Below, in pieces: positions 55,597 to 64,000 of a stretch of 64,000 bases of DNA. Below the pieces are notes generated by a model. The model did not search any database, was not told the DNA's origin, and was given only the letters and a program-made list of their open reading frames with translations. A program made the position numbers and the translations under genes. Position 1 is the stretch's first letter, and every line of letters starts with the position of its first letter. The stretch comes from Neocallimastix sp. 'constans' (taxonomy: Eukaryota): the NCBI GenBank assembly GCA_050613775.1, contig JBODTK010000010.1:1240001-1304000 (forward strand), in the 5' to 3' direction.

Positions 55597-58500
55597 TCAA
55601 GCTTCTCTGTAAGCGGAGTTAAACTTTACTAAATTTTTAAAGTGAACATTCCTATCGAGTTGCTTTCCAGTCTTCTGATCGATTAGGGTTGCCGTGTTGA
55701 ATTGAATTTTTAAAATTTTAAATGGTCCATTGTAATATGGTTCTAGCTTAGTGCGGCTAAAGTTTCTAACAAGAACAAGATCACCAGCCTTTAATTCTTT
55801 TCCTTTTTTCATACTTATTTGTTCTTCTCGTCTTGTTGCCCAATACTTGTTAGCATTCTTCACATTTTCGCATGCTTCTCTAGTCCATTGATAATGACGA
55901 ACAAATTTTTCCATTAAAATTTCATCATATGATTTACCTGCATTTTCAATTGTTCTTATGGCTATATCATAAAGCTGTTGGTCTTCTCTTCCATATACTA
56001 ATTCAAAACTAGAATGTCCAGTAGCTGTATTTTTGGTAGTTCGAAGTGCCCATAAAGCAGAAGGTAAAACTTCATCCCAATCTTGATTTTTCCTTCCTAA
56101 TAAACGAAGTAATTTTCCAATTTCTTTGTTTCGATTTTCAGTAAGACCATTTGATTCAGGGTGGTAAGTAGCTACAAATTTAACATATACATCATAAAGG
56201 TCAAGAAAGATTTTTGTCATGTCAGAGGTGAATTGGGCTCCATTATCGGTGGTAATAACTTGAGGCACACCATGTCTTGCAAAAACATTTATTAAAAATT
56301 TAATTATATCAGAGGAAGTTATGTTTTCAGTGGGTTCGGCTTCAACCCATTTGGTAAAGTAATCAACAGTTACTATAATATATTGATTATTATTTCTTGT
56401 TTTTGGTAACGGTCCTATAATATCTAATCCTAAATGCACAAAGGGACTTTCCACTTTAGTTGGATGGTTTTCGGTTGGTTCTGGATATGGTTGAGGACGA
56501 TTTAATTGGCATTTTTCACAATTACTAACAATTCTTTTGATATCTTTAATCATATGATTCCAATAAAAGTTTTTCTTAAGTCTTTGATATGTTTTGTAAT
56601 ATCCTTCGTGGCCAATATTATGAGCTTCTAAAATTAATTTAAACCTTTCATTTTCGTCCGTTATTAATTTTCTATAATTTCCATTGTCGATAAAGTAATC
56701 TTCACCATCAATAACAGTAAACTTTTCATTAATAAATTCCTTTATAACTTTAGATAATAATTCTTCATTATTTCCATTAGTAATTTTTGTTAATAATATC
56801 TTTCTCTCTTCCTTACTTTTCATTCTTGAAAGAGCACCAGCTAACACATTCTTTTTGCCTGATTCATATTTTATATTAATTCCAAGCATACTAGCGGTTA
56901 GACACCATCTTGTTTGCCTTGCATTCAAAGGTTCTTTATTCTTAAATAAACCAACTAATGGTTTATGATCTGTGTAAATAGTTGTAGGTAGTGGATTTCC
57001 TTCAATATAAGATTTAAATTTAGTCATACAGTAAAACAAAGCGGTTCCTTCCAAATCGGTAATACCATAATTCTTTTCAGCTTTCTTTAAACTTCTACTT
57101 ATAAAGTGTATTGGATGCTCCTTACCGGTTTCTTCTTCTTTTTGTAAAAGAACTCCACCAATTCCATTATACGAAGCATCAGTTCTAATGATAAAAGGTT
57201 TGTCAAATGACGGAAATTTTAGAATAGGTGCATTGATTAATTTTTCTTTTAGGAGTTCAAAGCTTTCTTGTTGTTCTTTATTCCATTCATATTTAGTATT
57301 CTTTTTCAATAATTTACATAAAGGTGAGGTAATTTGAGCATATTTAGGGATAAAGTCACGATAATACCCTATTGCTCCTAGAAATGATCTTAATTCATGA
57401 ATTGATGAAGGGGCTTCCCACTTCTTAATAGCTGTTATTTTACTTTCCATAGGACTTAATCCTTTAGTAGTAAGTTTGTGACCTAATACATCAACTTCAG
57501 TTTGAAGAAAATGGCACTTTTCAATATTAATTTTTAACTTGTTTTCTTTAAATACTTCTAATACTTGTTTAATATGAATTAAATGTTCTTCGATACTTTT
57601 TGAATAGATCAAAACATCATCAATAAATACATAAACAAATTCACCAATAAAAGGGAATAAAATTTTATTCATTTCTCTTTGGAAGGTTGAGGGAGCTCCA
57701 GTAAGTCCAAAAGGCATAACCTTAAATTGATAATTTCCAAACTTAGTAGTGAAAGTGGTTACTTCAACGCTTTCTTCATCCATTAAGATTTGGTGAAAAC
57801 CAGAAAATAAATCAAGAGTTGTAAATATTTTAGCTCCTCCGAGACTATCAAAAATTTCATCTATATATGGAACTGAATAAGAATCTTTTTCTGTCATATC
57901 ATTGACTTTTCGGTAGTCAATGCACAAGCGCCACTTTCCATTGTGTTTTAGAATAAGTACTACTGGAGATGACCATTCTGAACAGGATGGTTCTATCAAT
58001 CCTTTCTTAATAAGTTTTGTAAGTTCTTCTTTTAAGATATCTGGTTTTAATTTAGTTAACCTATAACTTCTTAATTTTACTGGCTTTGAATTTGCTTTTA
58101 AACGGATCTTATGTGGTGAAAGTTTAGAAGGAGTTAGTTCTTCTGTTGAAGTGGCAACTATGTCAATCATTTCTTTGAGAATTTTAATAATTTGTTCTTT
58201 ATAATCTTTATTTAAGGTACTTAAAAATTCATCACTCTCAATAAATTCCATTTGAGTTAATTCCTTTATAATTTCCTTTTCATTATTCGTTTCTTTAACT
58301 TTTCTAATAGTGCAAATTATACTTTCTTCATCATAATATTGATTATTTATTTTAGCTATTTCTTCGTATTCACTTTCTGACAAAAGTTTACATAGACTGT
58401 TTAAGGTTGGATGAATAAATAAACAATGATCGATTTGAGTTTTAAAGTTTATTAACATATCATAAAATGAGTCTTCTTTCTCAATAATTCTAAAGTCCGC

Positions 58501-59607
58501 ATTAAATTCATAATTATTAATTTTTACTGGTAATCGAACAATAATTCCTTCCGAGTATTCTTCATCTTGTGTTGCTAGTTGGATTCTTCCAAGACTTTTT
58601 CCAACTGTTTCATATTCACCAGGTAATTTATCAAAATACTGCTTAGTAACGATGCTTAGGTTACTACAAGAATCAATTAAAAGTTTTCCTAGTACTCCGT
58701 CAACACTTGCATCAACCATTGCTAAGTCTTCTTCGGCTACTTCATTACTTTTACTTATATAGCTATGATCATAGTTATTTACTAATAAAGTTCGTGCTTT
58801 TACATTGTCTACAGTTCCAATTATTTTAGATTTTTCTAATTTTAAACCTTGAGTTAATTGTGAACGAATTTTCGGACATGCATTCAAGAGTTGACCTATC
58901 GTAATACTGGATTTAAGATTATTTAAATCATCCATAATATTGTAAGGTTCTTTATTATTCATTATTTTGATATTCCTTTTTACTAACTGAGTATTTCCAT
59001 TATTAGTTTCTTTAGTTTTTGTTGAAATTAATTTTTCCAAAGTAGTAGTTTTATTTTGTTGATTATCTTTATTCATTTCTAGATCTTCTATTTCATTATC
59101 GATTACAAGTATATCTTCAGATTCAACTTTTTCCTTTCCTTTTGATGAATAATTGTTGTTTTCTTCTTTACTTTCTCTTACTCTTGTCATATTTCTTAAT
59201 TCCTTTTCTTTTTGTTTTTCTTTGTTAATATTTGGTTGAGTTAAAATTGAAGGAAGTATTTGATTTTTATAAACTTTATTTGGTTTATTATGTAGCTCAT
59301 TTTCTTTCTTCTTTCTTAAAGCAGGAGTTGCAAAAGGACATGGATTATCTTTTAAACTTTTATGTACTTTCTTGGAATTATTTTCTTCTTTTTCACTGTT
59401 ATTATCATTCATTTTTCTTTTTATAGCATTAATAATGATATCATCCTCACTTTCAGTTGTGTCACTAAAATCAGATTCTTCAGATTCTTCATTAAAGGAA
59501 TTATTATCAATTGGAGTATTCTTAGTAAAAGTATTATTTTGTAAATTATTTAATGAAGCTATTGTTTTGTCATTGGGAGTGCTTCTGCTCCCATTTAGAA
59601 GTTTAAA
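55597..59607 (-). CDS. pol: E7 Pol (PR-RT-RNase H-IN), open from the -1 slippery site
   Basis: 1271-aa ORF extends without stops to TTTAAAC at 59601-59607. Confidence 0.93.
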   Translation of the reverse strand, partial: FKLLNGSRSTPNDKTIASLNNLQNNTFTKNTPIDNNSFNEESEESDFSDTTESEDDIIINAIKRKMNDNNSEKEENNSKKVHKSLKDNPCPFATPALRKKKENELHNKPNKVYKNQILPSILTQPNINKEKQKEKELRNMTRVRESKEENNNYSSKGKEKVESEDILVIDNEIEDLEMNKDNQQNKTTTLEKLISTKTKETNNGNTQLVKRNIKIMNNKEPYNIMDDLNNLKSSITIGQLLNACPKIRSQLTQGLKLEKSKIIGTVDNVKARTLLVNNYDHSYISKSNEVAEEDLAMVDASVDGVLGKLLIDSCSNLSIVTKQYFDKLPGEYETVGKSLGRIQLATQDEEYSEGIIVRLPVKINNYEFNADFRIIEKEDSFYDMLINFKTQIDHCLFIHPTLNSLCKLLSESEYEEIAKINNQYYDEESIICTIRKVKETNNEKEIIKELTQMEFIESDEFLSTLNKDYKEQIIKILKEMIDIVATSTEELTPSKLSPHKIRLKANSKPVKLRSYRLTKLKPDILKEELTKLIKKGLIEPSCSEWSSPVVLILKHNGKWRLCIDYRKVNDMTEKDSYSVPYIDEIFDSLGGAKIFTTLDLFSGFHQILMDEESVEVTTFTTKFGNYQFKVMPFGLTGAPSTFQREMNKILFPFIGEFVYVFIDDVLIYSKSIEEHLIHIKQVLEVFKENKLKINIEKCHFLQTEVDVLGHKLTTKGLSPMESKITAIKKWEAPSSIHELRSFLGAIGYYRDFIPKYAQITSPLCKLLKKNTKYEWNKEQQESFELLKEKLINAPILKFPSFDKPFIIRTDASYNGIGGVLLQKEEETGKEHPIHFISRSLKKAEKNYGITDLEGTALFYCMTKFKSYIEGNPLPTTIYTDHKPLVGLFKNKEPLNARQTRWCLTASMLGINIKYESGKKNVLAGALSRMKSKEERKILLTKITNGNNEELLSKVIKEFINEKFTVIDGEDYFIDNGNYRKLITDENERFKLILEAHNIGHEGYYKTYQRLKKNFYWNHMIKDIKRIVSNCEKCQLNRPQPYPEPTENHPTKVESPFVHLGLDIIGPLPKTRNNNQYIIVTVDYFTKWVEAEPTENITSSDIIKFLINVFARHGVPQVITTDNGAQFTSDMTKIFLDLYDVYVKFVATYHPESNGLTENRNKEIGKLLRLLGRKNQDWDEVLPSALWALRTTKNTATGHSSFELVYGREDQQLYDIAIRTIENAGKSYDEILMEKFVRHYQWTREACENVKNANKYWATRREEQISMKKGKELKAGDLVLVRNFSRTKLEPYYNGPFKILKIQFNTATLIDQKTGKQLDRNVHFKNLVKFNSAYREA

Positions 59608-60506
59608 GACTTTTTGGAATATATTTCTTTTTTATATTTTTCCATAATCTTATTTAATTGAGGGCAATAGTATGAGTAATGACCTTCTTCCTTACAGAAG
59701 AAGCAAGTTTTAACAGATAAATTTCTCATTTTCTGGGTTGATTCTTCTACAATAACTTGAGGTTTCAATTTATTATTTGTTTGACTTGTTTGGAAAGTTT
59801 CGTTTCTTCTTTTAGGATAAAGTCTTGAAGTAGTACTGTTTTGATTATTTTGATTATGCTGGGAATTATTAACATTATAGATATTAATATTATTGTTCCT
59901 TACAGAAAGTCTATCTACTTTCTCGGCAATTTTGAAAGCTTTCTCCATACTTATATCATCTTTAAGGGATAATTTCTTCCAGGCTTCATAATTATTTTGA
60001 ATTGAATCAATATAATCTAGTACACCAATGCGCTTTCTTCTCTTTTTATCAAGTTTAGTGTACAAAGTTCTATATCTTACATTAAAGTCTTTAATCTTTT
60101 CGTTTCTTTTAATTCGCATTGCACGAAGTTCTTTAAGAAGTAAATTTTGGTCTTCTTTAATACCGTAAAAATTTTCAAGACTTGAAATAATTTTTCCAAG
60201 AGAAGGAAATTTAATATCATCATCAACATTTTCTTCTTCATCATCACCTTCTTCTTCATCTGATGAATCATCACTTTCATCATCACTATCTTCTCCCAAA
60301 TCTTCAATAATGCGTTGTACTTCACCAGAGCTGGTAAGTAAACAAGCATTAAATATTGTTTCTGGATCTGTAATACCTTGTATCTTGATCCAAAGTTTTA
60401 ATTCAGTAGCCCAGGACTTAATATCTAAATTGTCCTTGCTAAGTTTCACAATATCTCTTAATTCTTTTTTCAATTCTTTAAAGCTCAAAGTTGTTTCCTT
60501 GGACAT
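59595..60506 (-). CDS. gag: E7 Gag with CCHC knuckle
   Basis: 303 aa; CFFCKEEGHYSYYC. Confidence 0.92.
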   Translation of the reverse strand: MSKETTLSFKELKKELRDIVKLSKDNLDIKSWATELKLWIKIQGITDPETIFNACLLTSSGEVQRIIEDLGEDSDDESDDSSDEEEGDDEEENVDDDIKFPSLGKIISSLENFYGIKEDQNLLLKELRAMRIKRNEKIKDFNVRYRTLYTKLDKKRRKRIGVLDYIDSIQNNYEAWKKLSLKDDISMEKAFKIAEKVDRLSVRNNNINIYNVNNSQHNQNNQNSTTSRLYPKRRNETFQTSQTNNKLKPQVIVEESTQKMRNLSVKTCFFCKEEGHYSYYCPQLNKIMEKYKKEIYSKKSLNF

Positions 60507-60664
60507 TTTGTCTAAATATGAGGTGATTAAATACGAATAAATTTGGGAAATCCAACTTTCAAAATATAATTTAATAGGTAATTTAATATCGAATCAATTT
60601 TTAAAACAATATATTTTAGTAACTTTTGAAAATAATAATTTTATTTGCTTTCTTTAGTAGATAT

Positions 60665-60975
60665 AAGCTCGAAATCCTTATCGACAACTTAGTAGAAATT
60701 ATAAAGCACGAGGTTCTTTTCGACTACTTTATTAAGAATAATTTTTAAGTTCGAAATCTTTATCGACAACTCAATAGAATAATTTTTAAGTTCGAAATCT
60801 TTATCGACAACTCAATAGAATAATTTTTAAGTTCGAAATCTTTATCGACAACTCAATGGAATAATTTTAAGTTCGAAATCTTTATCGACAACTTAATAGA
60901 ATAATTTTAAGTTCGAAATCTTTATCGACAACTTAATAGAATATTTTTCAAGTTCGAAATCTTTATCGACCACTT
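60665..60975. repeat. ~40-bp tandem repeats in the E7 leader (AAGTTCGAAATCTTTATCGACAACT...)
   Basis: About six good and two degenerate copies. Confidence 0.92.
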
Positions 60976-61144
60976 GAATTTTGTAATTTAGTATATTTGT
61001 AGTAATAAATTTAGAAGCAAAGTTTTATTTATTATTTTCACCTTTCAAAAATTTTTCTTTTTAAACGATAAATATTGTATTGTTATAGCTAATAAAATTA
61101 TTAATTAATTATAATTATTAAACACAAAAAATAATCTTTATTGT

Positions 61145-61303
61145 CGTACAATCTGATAGTACACACTGTCTGACGTGCAGCTTACGTAATGGTGTCATGC
61201 CACGCGTGTGCCACGATTACTATATTCAATATAAAATATAGCAGTTCAGAGCCTACTAGCCCAATTACTATGTAGGATAAACTTAACCGATAATCTATGT
61301 ACG
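61145..61303. ncRNA. Conserved structured leader RNA, motif 1 (E7, shorter copy)
   Basis: GATAGTA, CAGCTTAC..GGTGTCATG, CCACGATT, CAGTTCAGAGCC, ATAAACTTAACCG; stems CACAC/GTGTG, CTATATT/AATATAG, CCTAC/GTAGG. Confidence 0.6.
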
Positions 61304-62303
61304 GAATAAAAAAAATTTTAAAAGTATTCAATAATATTTTTATTAACTAATAAAAATTAACTAAAAACACAATATTTTCAAAGTAAATTAAGATTCTTTT
61401 ACAGGAATTATTAAACAAATAAAGTATTAGTAATAAAAAAAATAAAAAAAATTTAAATGGCGAAGTTAGCCAAAGTCTGATACTTTATATAATAAAGTGC
61501 CTTATAACTAGCACAAAGAAAAATAAAAAAAGATATAAAAAAAAACAATCTTACGCCTTCGGTGACGTAAGCTCCTTATTCGCCAGTGCTTGGAAAGTAC
61601 CCGCACCTTCGTGTGTTGAAACGTTGAAGGCTGAACTATTATTACCGGGTCGGTAACCAAATACCTTCGTCTACTTTCCAATTAATTCCCAAAATAACTA
61701 TTATCCAATAACCTACTATGAATAATAGATATTTTGTTGTTTTCTGGAAATACACTGTGTATGAGCTCTATCCGCTCCTTGTTATAATTTTACAAGATTT
61801 GGTTTTTTTTTAGAATCTTAATTTTACTTATTTAAAAAAAATTTTTTTTTTTTTTTATATATATATCAAACAAGCGCCATAGGTTAATCAAAGGATTAAC
61901 GACTTACTTGTTTATCAATATAAAATAAAAAAAAATTAAAAAAAATCTATGTTATTTACTATTATTTCTATTTAATTCCCCGATATCTCCACCATATAAA
62001 TGTTAAGGTTTTAGAGAATTAAATAAAAATAAAGTAAAGAAACACAAATTTTATTTTTTTATTTATTATTTTTATTTATAAATTTATTTGATTTTATTTC
62101 ATGATTTTTAAAAATTGGTAGCAAAATTTACAACTATTTATACTTTTTTCAAGGCATAAAAGTTGTTCTTGCCACTAAATTACATTTTATTTATATTTTT
62201 TTTTTAAAAAAAACTATTAAATTTAAATTGAATTTTATAATTAGTTATATAAAATTTAATTATAACAATATAAATAAAATACATTTATAATATTAATAAA
62301 ACA

Positions 62304-62335
<32 letters not shown>

Positions 62336-62822
62336 CTAAAATATTACTAATAAGAATTTATTTAATTGGCTATAATTTATATTACAATCTGTTAAAATAT
62401 TCAAATAAAAATAAAAATACTATTCTAATATAAAGGTTTTTAATAAAATAAAACATTTTTCAATATAAAATAAAACATTTCGATATAAAATTTTATAATA
62501 AAAGTTAAAATATAATATATAAATTTTTAATTATCAATATATAAAAATATTATTAATACAAATTTTCCTTATTAATATAAAAATAAAAAAAAATAAGATT
62601 TATTATTAATATTGCTAATATTAGTTTTAAATATATAAAAATATTACTATTAATATAAGATTTAATATAAAAATATAAAATTTAATATAATTTTTGATTT
62701 AATTTTTGATCTTTGGATTTAAAAATTTATTAAAGTACAAAAATAATAATGTACACATAATGTATTAGAAATAAATCGTAGATTTAATTAAGAATGCACT
62801 ATTTAGTACATTCTTATCAATT

Positions 62823-64000
62823 TGTAAAGAATTAATTAAAAATATTTAATTATATTAATAATTAATTCTTTCTAAAATTAATAATAAAAAATATTATTAA
62901 TTGAGATAAAATTAAAAAGTATAATATAAAAATTGAAAACGAAAATTTAAAAACTTAGAGTTTATTATAAGATTATAATAAACAACACTAAAAGTAGGTT
63001 AAGAGAATTTTAGAAATTATTTTATTATAAAAATTTTTTATTAGAAGTAATTTTAAAATATTTGTGTTAATTATTATAATTTCTTATAATAATAACTCTT
63101 GATTATTTTTAGAAGAATCAAGAGTCCTATTTATATTAATTTGATTTCTAATCTTGGAAAATTATCTCTATCTAGAAAAAGATTAGAAGAAAAAACTAGA
63201 TAGATCTCGATTGGTGTTTAATTACATCAATCTTTAGTTAATAAGAAAACCCGAATAAGGGAGAAAACTTATTAACTAATTATATATTAATTTTATTAAT
63301 ATTTAATCACAAGTAAAATTAAATAATTAATTCTTTTAATTATCTTAATTAAAAGTCCAAGAAATAATATAATTTAATTATTTCTTGATTAAATAGAATT
63401 ATCATTTTAATACAATTTAATTTTTCTTAATTAAATAGAATTTATCATTATTTTAATACAATAATACATTATTATAATTTAATATATTAATTATTGATAA
63501 TTTAATTTAATGTAAATAAATTTTAAAACAATAACATTAATTAATAATTACTATGTGACATAATTAATAAAATTATTCATAAAATTTTATAAAATAATAA
63601 ACTTTAAATATTAATTTTTTAATGTTAAGATAATAACTGAATTTCAATTCAATTTCAATTTCGATATTTCAGTTATTTGAATTTCAATATTAATAAATAA
63701 TAATAATATAATAATTATTATTAAATTAACTTTATTAAAATATTTAGGAATTAGTCTAGGCCAACTAATTACTAAATATTATTAACATATTGAATTTAAT
63801 ATATATTAAATAATGTAAACACGTGATTGTCATATTAAATTAATTTCTACATATTATATTTTAATTATAAATTATAATATTTAGCAATATTTCTTATATT
63901 TTATTTATATTAAATATTTATATTATTATCTTATTTTATATTATCAATATCAAACTTATATTAATACTATTACATATTCATATTAATAATTAATATTTTA
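62823..64000 (-). mobile_element. Probable LTR of a further E5-related element, right boundary not determined
   Basis: Starts TGTAA 3 bp after E7; shares AATAATAACTCTTGATT and AGAAAAAGATTAGAAGAAAAAACT with the E5 LTR. Confidence 0.55.

Larger units (their letters stand above)
54757..62819 (-). mobile_element. E7: full-length Ty3/gypsy element with open gag and pol
   Basis: LTRs 54757-55578 and 62001-62819 (visibly diverged); PBS 61976-61994; PPT 55579-55595. Confidence 0.96.

Overview
Extremely AT-rich eukaryotic DNA. The composition and element types suggest an anaerobic gut fungus such as Neocallimastigomycota, but this is inference. No ordinary host protein gene is visible. The backbone is a head-to-tail array of ~1.65-1.8 kb units, each starting with an intron-containing tRNA-Ile(UAU) gene (three copies: 25903, 48286, 51757). 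The site 14-16 bp upstream of each tRNA (…TTTT-AGAT-TTTTCAAGCA-tRNA) has been hit repeatedly by different Ty3/gypsy LTR retrotransposons. These form stacks of full elements (E1-E5, E7) and solo LTRs, separated only by 4-5 bp target-site duplications and oriented away from the tRNA. Where TSDs overlap a neighbour's terminus, the newer element is the tRNA-proximal one. Two lineages share the site: one is tRNA-Ala-primed with a -1 frameshift and 4-bp TSD, the other is Tf1/sushi-like, self-priming, single-ORF with a 5-bp TSD. A chromovirus (E6) is nested in E5 and a decayed MULE DNA transposon is nested in E2. Four divergent elements from both lineages share an unidentified, covarying 160-235 nt structured RNA motif in their 5' leaders.
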